A stretch of 64,000 nucleotides of DNA, from assembly GCA_041640635.1 (NCBI GenBank), contig JBEPZX010000001.1, positions 1 to 64,000 on the forward strand, read 5' to 3'. Below the pieces are notes generated by a model. It did no database searches, was not told the origin of the DNA, and was given only the letters and a program-made list of their open reading frames with translations. Source of the stretch: Aquificaceae bacterium. GTDB lineage: Bacteria; Aquificota; Aquificia; Aquificales; Aquificaceae. Both the position numbers and the translations under genes were made by a program. This document shows, piece after piece, positions 39,771 through 49,554 of this stretch. The number at the start of each line of letters is the position of its first letter. Within the stretch, counting starts at the first letter, position 1.

Positions 39771-42700
39771 CTAAGTCCTCTTTAGTTTTCTAAATTTTAT
39801 ACTATCTAGTAACTCATAAACGACTGGAAGCAAAAACAAGCTAAGAGGAAGTCCTGTCAAAATACCACCTATGACTGCGATGGCTAATGGTTTTCTAAAT
39901 TCTGATCCAGCTGTCAAACCAAGTGCAACAGGTATCAATGCGGAAATGATGGTTAAGGTTGTCATAAGTATGGGCCTTAGTCTTTCCTTTCGAGCTTGCA
40001 TGATAGCAGGTCTTGTTTCCCATCCTTCCTTTCTCAGCTGTATGATTCTTTCTATAAACAAAACGGCATCCCTAACAATTATGCCTATAAGCAGGATTAT
40101 CCCAAAGTATGTGGGGACGCTCAAAGACGTGCCGCTAAAGTAGAGAAGTCCAAAAGTACCAGCTACTGCTAAAGGAACCATTAGCAAGACGGTAAATGGA
40201 TGCCTAAAGCTTTCAAATAGGCTTGCGAGCACCATGTAAACACCTACAAGTGCTACAATTATAGCAAACCCAAAACCTTGGAAGGCTTTGGCGAACTCTC
40301 TCGCTTGTCCTGATTTTTCAAAGGTATAACCAGGTGGTGAGTTTTTGCTTAGCCAATCTTCTATTTCGCTTATGGCTGTTGCCAAGTCTTTTCCTGAAAG
40401 GTTGGCAAATAAGGTAAAGGAATACTGTCTATTGTATCTGTTTATGACTTTGTAACCTTGAGTTATTTCGTAGTCCACTATATCAGTTAAAGGGACAAGC
40501 TTCCCAGCCGAAGATCTCACATATATCTTGTTTAAATTCTCCCAGTTTTTTACAAAGTTTTCATCAGCTTTTACGTATACGTCGTAACTTTCGCTTCCCA
40601 ATTCATAAGTAGCTACTTTAAACTTACCGAAGAGTATTTGAAGCGTGTTTGCCACCTGTTCTACACTTATACCCAAATCTCCTAGCTTTGCTCTATCAAT
40701 TTCTACTTTTATTTGTGGTTCATTTAATCTTAAATCCGTATTAATATCCCTATAACCTCCAGAGCTTTTCAAGTAACTTACCAAGTTATCAGAAATTTGT
40801 TGAAGCTGATTAATATCTGGGCCTTTTATTACATACTGAAGATCAACTTGCCTTCCTGCTCCAAACACAATAGGTGCTCCCTCAACACTTACCCTAACAT
40901 CTCTCAATTTGGCAAATTCCTTTCTTAACATATCCATTATTTGTGCTTGGTGGGGTCTGTTACCACTTTTTAGATAGACAAAGGACAGTCCGCCATTTAC
41001 ATCTGCTCTACCTGCAACACCTTGACCTAACGCCATTCCAAACCTATCTACGTATGGATTTTTCCTTATTATTTCTTCTATCTGTTTTGCCTTTTCTTCT
41101 GTAAATTCAAAAGAAGAGCCTGTTGGTGTTTCAAATCTCACCAAAAACCTACCTTCGTCTATTATAGGAAAGAACTCTTTTTTGGTAATTTTGAAAAGTT
41201 GAAAACCTATTACTAAACTAACAAAAGACACAAAAATAACTAACTTTTTGTGATTTAGTGCAAAAGTTAGCGCTCTATCAAAGAGGCTTTCGAATTTTTC
41301 GTAAAACTTCATAAAAGGATTTTTGTGTGTTTTTTCAACAAGTCTAGAAACTGCCATAGGTGTAAAGCTTATGGCTACAACATAGGAGATAGCTATGGCG
41401 ATTATAAGCGTTAAGGCAAAGGCGCCTAGAAGTGAACCTAGCACACCTCTAAGAAATATTACCGGAAAGAACACTATGATCAAAGAAGCTGTAGAAGCCA
41501 AGAGGGCAAAGATAACTATCTTAGTTCCAGTTTCTCCAGCCTCAAGGGGTGGCAAACCTTCTTCCCTTCTTCTGTATATGCTTTCTAACACAACTATAGC
41601 ATCGTCTATGACTATACCGACAGCTACAGCCATAGCAAGAAGCGTCATGGTATTTAGGGAACTACCAGTTATATAGATAAAAAATACCGTTCCTAAAAGA
41701 GCAACAGGGATGGCAAATACTGGTACGAAAGTTAACCTAAGGCTCCCTAAGAAGAAGTAAACTACCAAAGCCGTTAATAGGCTTCCTATTATTATTTCTT
41801 CCTGAGCTGCTTTCACACTGTCCTTTATAAATATACTGGTGTCTAATGTAACGTCTAATCTCATGCCTTGTGGCAAGATTTCGTTCCAGTATTCTATTCT
41901 TCTCTTTATCTCATCTACAACTTGGATAGTGTTGGCTGTAGCTTGTTTGTAAACTATAAGGGCTACAGCTTGTTCACCCATAAATCTTGACATACCTCTT
42001 TTTTCATCTTCTCCGAAGTAAACCTTAGCAACGTCACCAATCTTTATACCATTGTGTATATAGGTATTCTCTAACTCCTTTGGATCTCTTACCTTTCCAA
42101 TGAGCCTTATTATGTATTCTCTGTCTTTGCCATAGATGATGCCTGCGGGAGCTTCCAAATGATTTTTCCCAACAGCTTCGGCAACATCCATAGGTGTTAG
42201 GCCGTATGAGTAAAGCTTATCTGAATCTATTCTTACCCATAAAACGTTATCTCTAAAACCTGCCAAACTTATCCCACCTACACCGTTTACCTTTTCAAAG
42301 TCTCTCTTTATAAGCTTGTCTGCATAATAGGCTATGGTTTGATAATCGGCAGTTTTTGAGTGTAAGAGAATTGCCATTATGGGAGCTCCGGAAGTGTCTA
42401 CCTTCCTCACAATGGGAGCATCTACACCTATGGGCATGCTTCTGTACGCTCTTTGTACAGCATCTCTGACTTCTTGAGCAGCAACCTCTATGTCTTTGTC
42501 CAGAGAAAAAACTACAGTTACGTTGGAAGTTCCTGCATAGCTTTGGGAAGTTATATACTCTACACCGCTTATGTTGGATAAGGCGTTTTCAATTTTTTGG
42601 GTTACGTTCACATCAACTACATAGGCATCTGCGCCTTTGTATGTGGTGTTTACACTAACTATTGGGAACTCTATGTTTGGCAATCTATCTATAGGTACCT

Positions 42701-42785
42701 TTTTGAGAGAATACAGTCCTAAAAAGATAAAAGATAGCATTAGCATCCAAGTTGTTACAGGTCTGCGAATAAAAAAGTTGTGCAT
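39771..42785 (-). CDS. RND efflux permease (AcrB/MdtB family)
   Basis: FIRRPV, GIVIDDAIVV, EFFPIIDEG, RLRPILMT; 1004 aa. Confidence 0.94.
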   Translation of the reverse strand: MHNFFIRRPVTTWMLMLSFIFLGLYSLKKVPIDRLPNIEFPIVSVNTTYKGADAYVVDVNVTQKIENALSNISGVEYITSQSYAGTSNVTVVFSLDKDIEVAAQEVRDAVQRAYRSMPIGVDAPIVRKVDTSGAPIMAILLHSKTADYQTIAYYADKLIKRDFEKVNGVGGISLAGFRDNVLWVRIDSDKLYSYGLTPMDVAEAVGKNHLEAPAGIIYGKDREYIIRLIGKVRDPKELENTYIHNGIKIGDVAKVYFGEDEKRGMSRFMGEQAVALIVYKQATANTIQVVDEIKRRIEYWNEILPQGMRLDVTLDTSIFIKDSVKAAQEEIIIGSLLTALVVYFFLGSLRLTFVPVFAIPVALLGTVFFIYITGSSLNTMTLLAMAVAVGIVIDDAIVVLESIYRRREEGLPPLEAGETGTKIVIFALLASTASLIIVFFPVIFLRGVLGSLLGAFALTLIIAIAISYVVAISFTPMAVSRLVEKTHKNPFMKFYEKFESLFDRALTFALNHKKLVIFVSFVSLVIGFQLFKITKKEFFPIIDEGRFLVRFETPTGSSFEFTEEKAKQIEEIIRKNPYVDRFGMALGQGVAGRADVNGGLSFVYLKSGNRPHQAQIMDMLRKEFAKLRDVRVSVEGAPIVFGAGRQVDLQYVIKGPDINQLQQISDNLVSYLKSSGGYRDINTDLRLNEPQIKVEIDRAKLGDLGISVEQVANTLQILFGKFKVATYELGSESYDVYVKADENFVKNWENLNKIYVRSSAGKLVPLTDIVDYEITQGYKVINRYNRQYSFTLFANLSGKDLATAISEIEDWLSKNSPPGYTFEKSGQAREFAKAFQGFGFAIIVALVGVYMVLASLFESFRHPFTVLLMVPLAVAGTFGLLYFSGTSLSVPTYFGIILLIGIIVRDAVLFIERIIQLRKEGWETRPAIMQARKERLRPILMTTLTIISALIPVALGLTAGSEFRKPLAIAVIGGILTGLPLSLFLLPVVYELLDSIKFRKLKRT

Positions 42786-42789
42786 GAAG

Positions 42790-42829
42790 GAAATTATAAC
42801 AGACTGACTGGTTGGTATGTTATAATTTC
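42790..42829. promoter_or_regulatory. Twin outward-facing extended -10 promoters with central TetR-type operator
   Basis: Perfect 12-bp inverted repeat GAAATTATAACA (42790-42801) / TGTTATAATTTC (42818-42829) around ACTGACTGGTTGGT (42803-42816). Confidence 0.7.
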
Positions 42830-42836
42830 ACTTATC

Positions 42837-43883
42837 ATGGTTTACCTTCTCGTTTTTTTACTCAGCTTTGTAGTAGCTTGTTCAAAAAAAGATGCAGAAA
42901 AATTACCAACTCAGCAAAGAGAAATTGTTGTTTCTCTCTACGAAGTTAAGCAAGGAGAGATAGATAATACCTACTCAACTAAAGCTTCCTTTGAGGCCGT
43001 AAAAGATGTTCTCCTAAAGCCCGAAGTTTCTGGAAGAGTTTTGAGGGTAAATGTAGAAGAAGGAGATTTTGTAAAAGCGGGGCAGGTAATAATTACAGTA
43101 GACAGTAGCGACTTTCAAAACACACTAAATCAATTAAATTCACAACTCCTTCAACTAAAAGCCAATTACGAAAATCAGAAAGCCATTGTGGAAAGAAGAA
43201 AGGACCTATTTGAAAGGGACCTTATAGCCAGAGAGGACTACGAAAATGCAAAAACCCAACTCAGAGTTTATCAAGAAATGATAAATAGCTTACAAGCCCA
43301 GATAGAGAATGTAAAGCTAAACTTAAGAAGGACTACTTTGGTTGCTCCATACAGTGGATATATAGCCCAAAAGATGGTAAACGTGGGAGATTACGTAACC
43401 CCAAGCACGCAAACGGTTAGGTTGGTTACTTTAGATCCAATAAGGCTTGTGTTTCAAGTTCCACAAGAGATGCTTCCATTCGTAAAGAATGGATCCACAG
43501 TAAAGGCTTACGTGGAAGGCTTTGGAGAAGTCCAAGGAAGAGTTTACTTTGTATCCCCTGTAGCTGACCAAAATAGGTTGATAACGTGTAAAGCTCAAGT
43601 TTCAAACCCAAAGGGTGAGTTAAAACCTGGTATATATGCCCAGGTTTATCTAACAACAGGTAAGGAATTAGCTTTCAAAGTGCCAGAAAGTTCCGTTGTT
43701 TTGTTGGGAACAAAAAAGGTCCTTTGGAAGATAGAAAACTCTGTAGCAAAATCAGTTCCTGTTGAAATTATTAAGCAAGAAGAGGGTTTTGTATGGGTAA
43801 AGGGTAATTTAAGAGATGGGGACAAAGTAGCTTTGGATAATGCTCAATCTCTCAATGAAGGCTCAAAGGTGGTAGTAAGATGA
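42837..43883 (+). CDS. RND membrane fusion protein, lipoprotein (start corrected to ATG 42837)
   Basis: Lipobox VVAC, PEVSGRV, EGDFVKAGQ, APYSGYI, LKPG. Confidence 0.9.
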   Translation: MVYLLVFLLSFVVACSKKDAEKLPTQQREIVVSLYEVKQGEIDNTYSTKASFEAVKDVLLKPEVSGRVLRVNVEEGDFVKAGQVIITVDSSDFQNTLNQLNSQLLQLKANYENQKAIVERRKDLFERDLIAREDYENAKTQLRVYQEMINSLQAQIENVKLNLRRTTLVAPYSGYIAQKMVNVGDYVTPSTQTVRLVTLDPIRLVFQVPQEMLPFVKNGSTVKAYVEGFGEVQGRVYFVSPVADQNRLITCKAQVSNPKGELKPGIYAQVYLTTGKELAFKVPESSVVLLGTKKVLWKIENSVAKSVPVEIIKQEEGFVWVKGNLRDGDKVALDNAQSLNEGSKVVVR

Positions 43884-45103
43884 TACTTTTGTTTTTGTTT
43901 CTTCTTTTAATGGGTTCTTCTTTTGGTTTAACCTTAGAACAGGCGTTACAAATAGCGAGGTCAAACGCTACAAAGGCTAGATTGTCTTTACTGGATATTC
44001 AAAAAGCTCAGGAGCAAATAAGACAGGCAAGAGCTGGTATACTACCTAACGTAAGTTTTAATTACTCTTACACTCACCTTGACAAAGATTTGGCTCTAGG
44101 CTTCACACCACAAAACAGACACAGTTATAGCCTAGATATTAACCAGGCAATCTTTAACTTAAGCACAATTAGAGCAATGGATGTGGCAAGGGAAAATCTG
44201 GAGCTTCAAAAATTTGTTTACGAAGATATTCTAAGGGAAATAGAGTATCAGGCAGAAGTTCTTTTTTATGGTCTCTTGTATAAGAAAAAGTTAATAGAGG
44301 TATACCAAGAAAACCTTCAATACTGGGAAGAAAACTACAAACTGGTGCAAGAAAAGTATAAAGCCGGTATTTCACCTAAGGTGGAGCTCTTGAGAAGTCA
44401 AGCCCAGTTTGAAAATGCCAAAGCTCAACTTGAGTCAGCAAAAATAGACTATGCAAATGCCTTAGAAAACTTTAAAGCCTTTCTTAAGATGGAAGAGCTA
44501 AAGGATGTGGAAGGTGAGCTTGATTACAAACCTTATATGGTACAGGTGGACTTTAGAGGTTTGCTTTTAAACAACAACACAACGTTGAAGGTTTCTAAAA
44601 AGCTTGTCGAATTTCAAGACAAAAAGGCTCAACAAGCAAAAGCTCAGTATTACCCGAACGTAAACGCTTTTGCAAGATACCAAGGTAACACAGCAAAAAT
44701 AGGTGGTTCAGAAAAAATGATCGATGGATACTCTTTGGGTATCTCTTTAAATTACAACATCTTTGACGGTTTCGCTAGAGAATCTGTCATAGCTCAATCT
44801 AACTTGGATGTTCTAAAGCAAAAAGAACAATTTCTAGATACTCAAACTAACCTTTTAGCTCAGTTGACTACCACGTTAAATGCCTTAAGGTCTTTGCAAG
44901 CTCAAATAGATGCTTTAAAGGTGTCTTTAGAGGCTGCAAAGGAAGCTCTTAAACTTTCTAAGGAAAGATACAGACTAGGCATTGCCACGCAGCTGGAAGT
45001 GCTAGAAGCCACAAACAATTACAACAACACCATACTAAACTTGTATTATCTTTATTACCAACACAACTCCAATTTAGCCTTACTTGGTAGGCTTACGAGA
45101 TGA
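43880..45103 (+). CDS. TolC-family outer membrane efflux protein
   Basis: Signal peptide, LTLEQAL, two OEP repeats, RYRLGIATQLEVL. Confidence 0.88.
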   Translation: MILLFLFLLLMGSSFGLTLEQALQIARSNATKARLSLLDIQKAQEQIRQARAGILPNVSFNYSYTHLDKDLALGFTPQNRHSYSLDINQAIFNLSTIRAMDVARENLELQKFVYEDILREIEYQAEVLFYGLLYKKKLIEVYQENLQYWEENYKLVQEKYKAGISPKVELLRSQAQFENAKAQLESAKIDYANALENFKAFLKMEELKDVEGELDYKPYMVQVDFRGLLLNNNTTLKVSKKLVEFQDKKAQQAKAQYYPNVNAFARYQGNTAKIGGSEKMIDGYSLGISLNYNIFDGFARESVIAQSNLDVLKQKEQFLDTQTNLLAQLTTTLNALRSLQAQIDALKVSLEAAKEALKLSKERYRLGIATQLEVLEATNNYNNTILNLYYLYYQHNSNLALLGRLTR

Positions 45104-45675
45104 CAGCAAAGGAAAAACTTTTGGAATCTGCCAAGGAGCTTTTTTCAAAAAAGGGTTACCACGAAACTGCCGTAGATGAAATAGTAGAAAAGGCAGGTCT
45201 ATCAAAAGGAGCCTTCTATTTTTACTTTAAAAGAAAAGAAGATATACTGAAAGAGCTTGTTCAAATTATGTCCGAGAGTATGATTAAAAACTTGCAAGAA
45301 CATGTAAATACACAGAGAAGCGTAGAAGAAATTCTGCTAAGCTGTGTTTCTGATTTTTTTGAAATGTTTTACAAAGATAGGGAAATTGCATATATATTCT
45401 TTTTTGAGCTTCTAAGAACTAGCGATGAATTTAGGGAATTTCATCTTCAAAAAACTAGAAGGGTAAAAGAAATACTGTCTTCTCTTATAGAAAGGGGTAT
45501 AAAAAGTGGGGAAATCAAGTATGAGCAGGTAGACGTTGTTGTCTCTTTACTTATAGGGTTTGTTAGATTTTTGTATCTAGAGAAAATATTCACAGATGGT
45601 CTCACTTTGCAAGAGGTGACTCAATTGGCAAAAGAAGGTGTAAAGATAGTAATGCGAGGTGTGAAATGTGGGTAG
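45100..45675 (+). CDS. TetR/AcrR-family regulator
   Basis: ELFSKKGYHET.VDEIVEKAGLSKGAFYFYFKRKE HTH. Confidence 0.93.
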   Translation: MTAKEKLLESAKELFSKKGYHETAVDEIVEKAGLSKGAFYFYFKRKEDILKELVQIMSESMIKNLQEHVNTQRSVEEILLSCVSDFFEMFYKDREIAYIFFFELLRTSDEFREFHLQKTRRVKEILSSLIERGIKSGEIKYEQVDVVVSLLIGFVRFLYLEKIFTDGLTLQEVTQLAKEGVKIVMRGVKCG

Positions 45676-46913
45676 TTCTTTTCCTTTTAGCTTTCAAATT
45701 ATCCTTTGCCATCAGTCTTGAAGAAGCTCTAAAATTGGCAAAGGAAAACAATAAAGAGATTCAATCCCAAAGGTTTTTGGTAAACAGAGCCAAGTATGAT
45801 TTGGAGGCTGATAAAAACCTTTACTTTCCAGAGTTTTACGTAACTTATAAGTATTCTCATCAAACGCAAACACAAAAGATAAATCTTCCTCTCGGCTTTG
45901 GAACTTTTTCATCTTCTCAAAAGGACTACCAAAACTTTAGTATAGGGGCAAGGCTCAACCTTTTTGATGGTGGTGCAAGATCTGCAAAGGTGGATATTTC
46001 AAGAAAGCAAATAGATATAGAACTTAGCTTGCTAAAGGAAAAAGAAGAAGACGTTCTTTTGGATGTTATAGATGCTTACTTGGATGTTTTAAGTGCTAAA
46101 GCTTTGGTAGAGGTATACAAAAGGCAGGAGGAGGCTGTAAGATTTGCAAGAGATAGAGCAAAGGCTTTTTATGAACAAGGTTTGGTAGCTATAACCGATG
46201 TTTTGCAAGCTCAGGTAAGACTCTCAGAAGTCCAAAGGGATGTTATAAAGGCACAAGGTTTGTATAATGTAGCCCTCTCTAGATTATCTCAGCTAATAGG
46301 TATAAACGTAGATAAGATAGAGCCTATAAATGTAGATCCGCAAATTGAGGAACTTGAGTTCTATACAAGGCAAGCTATTTCCAACAGAGATATTCTGAAG
46401 GTTTACAGATACAAAGTGCAACAAATAAAAAACCTTCAGGAAATAGATAAATCCAATTTTTTACCTAAGGTATTTTTGCAAGGTGAGTATGTATACACAG
46501 ACCAAAATCCCACAATAAAACCAAAAGGCTTTGGAATAATTTCTATAGGCTTTACTTTAAACTTTCAGGGACTTGAGAGCTATTATAGAAGACTAAGCCA
46601 CACAGAAGAGGAGAAAAAGCTAACAACGGACCTTTTGGATATACAGGACAAGATAAAACTCAACATGGAAAAATTTTACCAAGACCTTATAACATCAAAA
46701 GAAGAACTAAAGGTTGCACAGGATGCATTAAATTTTGCTCAGCAGTTTTATAAATTAGTGCAAGAGCAGTACGAGAACCAGATCGTTGGCATGCTAGAGC
46801 TTTTGGATGCACAAGCTAGTTTAACAAGAGCTCAAAAGAACAAAGAGTTAGCTTACTATGAGTATCTAAAGAACTACTACAGACTTTTGAGAGAGGGAGG
46901 CATGCTAAAGTGA
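45666..46913 (+). CDS. Second TolC-family outer membrane protein
   Basis: Signal peptide, ISLEEAL, NLFDGG, YEQGLVAITDVL. Confidence 0.88.
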   Translation: MWVVLFLLAFKLSFAISLEEALKLAKENNKEIQSQRFLVNRAKYDLEADKNLYFPEFYVTYKYSHQTQTQKINLPLGFGTFSSSQKDYQNFSIGARLNLFDGGARSAKVDISRKQIDIELSLLKEKEEDVLLDVIDAYLDVLSAKALVEVYKRQEEAVRFARDRAKAFYEQGLVAITDVLQAQVRLSEVQRDVIKAQGLYNVALSRLSQLIGINVDKIEPINVDPQIEELEFYTRQAISNRDILKVYRYKVQQIKNLQEIDKSNFLPKVFLQGEYVYTDQNPTIKPKGFGIISIGFTLNFQGLESYYRRLSHTEEEKKLTTDLLDIQDKIKLNMEKFYQDLITSKEELKVAQDALNFAQQFYKLVQEQYENQIVGMLELLDAQASLTRAQKNKELAYYEYLKNYYRLLREGGMLK

Positions 46914-48046
46914 AGAGAAAACTTGGTCTAGCCTTCCTTATCCTTTTGGTGTTGATTTTTGTAGTACTTTCCTATAGATGGATAAAGGAAAGGAGAGATT
47001 ACGCTATTACAGATGCGGTATTTGTGAGATCCGAAGAAATGACAAACCTGAGTTTTCAGGTTTCTGGGAAAGTGATAAATCTCCAAAAGGATCTAGGAGA
47101 TGAGGTAAAAGCTGGAGAGATTTTGGCTAATTTGGATGACACAGATTACAGACTAAACCTAAAAAACATCTCTGCCCAACTGGAAAGCCTAAAAGCCCAG
47201 AGAGAAGCACTATCGATAGAACTAAATAGGTCGGAAAAGGAGACAAGTTTAAGCATACAAGCCGCAGATATTGCATCCCAAGAAATAACCCAAAGAGAGA
47301 AGGCTCTTTTGGCACAGTTGGAAGAGCTAAGAGCTAACAAGGAAAAAGCTTACAAAGATTTGGAGAGATTTGAAAGTCTTTATAAGAAAGGTTTAATACC
47401 CCTTGCCAAATACGAGGAAGTCAAACTTTACTATCAATCCTTAGAGGAAAAACACAAAGCGCTAAAAGCTAACTTAGAAGAAGTAAAGCTAGCCTACACA
47501 AAGTCCCTAAAGGAAGCGCAAAAGGTAAAGGTAAACACCCTTCAAGTGGAAAAACTAAAAAAGCAAGTGAGTTCTATGTCCAAGGAAATAGAAGCTTTGG
47601 AAGCCCAAAGGGAACTACTACATAAACAATTAGAGTATACACAGCTAAAAGCACCTTTTGATGGTGTTGTGGCAAGGCGATTCGTCAGCACTGGGGATAT
47701 GGTAAGAGCAGGACAGCCTATATATGCCATAATCAAAAAGGACAGCTTGTACCTTGAAGTTCTTTTGGAAGAGGACAAGTTAAGAGGCGTAGGCGTTGGA
47801 AGCAAAGTCATTTTTAGACCTGACGCCTTTAAAGGCATTGAGTTCACAGGCAAGGTAGTTCAAATCTCTCCTGCATCTGCAGCTACCTTTGCTTTGGTTC
47901 CTAGAGATGTATCAGCTGGGGAGTTTACAAAGGTGGTCCAAAGGATCCCTATCAAGGTAAAGTTAACCAAAGGACCTATCGACATTTTGCGTGTAGGAAT
48001 GGGCGGGAAGATAAAGATAGAAAGATTAAAAAATGAACCAAGATAA
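46910..48046 (+). CDS. emrA: EmrA/HlyD-family membrane fusion protein
   Basis: TDAVFV, APFDGVV, SPASAATFALVP, GEFTKVVQRIP. Confidence 0.85.
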   Translation: MKRKLGLAFLILLVLIFVVLSYRWIKERRDYAITDAVFVRSEEMTNLSFQVSGKVINLQKDLGDEVKAGEILANLDDTDYRLNLKNISAQLESLKAQREALSIELNRSEKETSLSIQAADIASQEITQREKALLAQLEELRANKEKAYKDLERFESLYKKGLIPLAKYEEVKLYYQSLEEKHKALKANLEEVKLAYTKSLKEAQKVKVNTLQVEKLKKQVSSMSKEIEALEAQRELLHKQLEYTQLKAPFDGVVARRFVSTGDMVRAGQPIYAIIKKDSLYLEVLLEEDKLRGVGVGSKVIFRPDAFKGIEFTGKVVQISPASAATFALVPRDVSAGEFTKVVQRIPIKVKLTKGPIDILRVGMGGKIKIERLKNEPR

Positions 48047-49550
48047 ACCATTTTATGAACAAATAACCCCTACAGAAAGGGTGATCCTAACTATATCGCT
48101 CATGATAGGTGTCTTTATGGCTATACTGGATACCACCATAGTGGATATTGTAGTTCCCAAGATGATAGCACCGCTAAGCACTGATCTTTACGGTATCCAA
48201 TGGGTAATAACCTCTTACATGACAGCTTCAGCGTCCGCCATTTTGTTGGTAGAATGGATAGAGTCCAAGGTTGGACTGAAAAAAGTTTTTAACTTTGGTT
48301 TGTTTTTGTTTACCTTTTCTTCTTTTTTCTGTGGGCAAGCTTCGTCTTTGGAGTGGATGATAACCTTTAGAACACTCCAAGGAATAGGTGAAGCCTTGAT
48401 TGTGGTGTCTGCTGAAGCGCTACTCTTTAGTGCATACCCGCCTCAAAAGAGAGGTCTCGCCATGGGCATATACGGTATGGGGGTAAGCTTTGCTCCAGCA
48501 CTTGGACCAACATTAGGTGGATACATAACAGAACACATAGATTGGCGATGGGTATTTTACATAAACATCCCCATAGGTATATTTAACTTGGTTTTAAGTC
48601 TATTTTTTTTACCAGAGCATAGAGGAAAGGAAAGTTTCAGGCTTAACTTTCTGTCTTATGCATTTATATCCCTTTCTACGGTAAGTCTTTTGGTGGTTCT
48701 CTCGAGAGGACAAAAGGAAGGTTGGTTCTCCTCTGATTTTATACTTTATCTGGTTATAATTACCTTTCTGTCTTTTCTCTTTTTTCTTACTTCTGAGCTA
48801 GCTTCTAAAGAGCCTTTGGTAGATTTTTCCATTTTTAAAATAAAGGAATTTACTGTTGCTTTTTTAGTTTACTTTCTACTTTTGGGATTTTCCATGTACC
48901 AAGTTTTCTACCTCTTGCCCTTGTATTACGAGTACCTAAAGGGACTAACAACTTTCCAAGCTGGTCTGCACATACTTCCTTTAGCTTTGGCTATAGGGAT
49001 CTCTTCTCCAATAGCTGGAGTTATAAGCGACAAGAAGTCACCAATGCTCCCTATATATATAGCGGTGTTTCTCTATCTTTCTTCATCGCTTCTTATACTT
49101 CCAAAGTTTAATTTTTTTACTCCAGCCTTTGAGGCTTCTCTGAAACTGATAATACTGGGCATAGGTATGGGATTTTTCTTTGCACCTATCACCAACTTGG
49201 CTCTCAAAAACCTTGGAGAAAAGACCACACTTGGTGTGTCCTTGATGCATTACGTTAGATTTGTCGGAGGCTCCTTTGGAACGGCTTTGGCTACCAATGA
49301 CTTAAATAAGTTTGCGGCAGAAAGCTTTCAAAGAATCGGTGAGATGCAAAATTTTTCATTGGCTCAAAGCTTTGTAGAGGAAAATGGAGCGCTGCTTTTG
49401 TATCAAGTTCAACAGCTATATTCTTACTCATACGCCTTCGAAAAGACTTTTTTTGTAGCTGGACTGTGGGGACTGCTGGGTTCTATACCTATCTTTTATT
49501 TTTCAATTCGTAATCTGTACGTAAGATTAAACAAAAAGACTAAAAGGTGA
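48033..49550 (+). CDS. emrB: DHA2/EmrB-family MFS efflux pump
   Basis: FMAILDTTIV, WVITSY, APALGPTLGG, WRWVFYINIPIG. Confidence 0.88.
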   Translation: MNQDKPFYEQITPTERVILTISLMIGVFMAILDTTIVDIVVPKMIAPLSTDLYGIQWVITSYMTASASAILLVEWIESKVGLKKVFNFGLFLFTFSSFFCGQASSLEWMITFRTLQGIGEALIVVSAEALLFSAYPPQKRGLAMGIYGMGVSFAPALGPTLGGYITEHIDWRWVFYINIPIGIFNLVLSLFFLPEHRGKESFRLNFLSYAFISLSTVSLLVVLSRGQKEGWFSSDFILYLVIITFLSFLFFLTSELASKEPLVDFSIFKIKEFTVAFLVYFLLLGFSMYQVFYLLPLYYEYLKGLTTFQAGLHILPLALAIGISSPIAGVISDKKSPMLPIYIAVFLYLSSSLLILPKFNFFTPAFEASLKLIILGIGMGFFFAPITNLALKNLGEKTTLGVSLMHYVRFVGGSFGTALATNDLNKFAAESFQRIGEMQNFSLAQSFVEENGALLLYQVQQLYSYSYAFEKTFFVAGLWGLLGSIPIFYFSIRNLYVRLNKKTKR

Positions 49551-49554
49551 TTTT

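Noticed and set aside
42780..42836. ORF-track N-terminal extension of the MFP (MHEGNY...)
   Set aside because: Overlaps the divergent start and the promoter palindrome; the lipoprotein signal begins at ATG 42837
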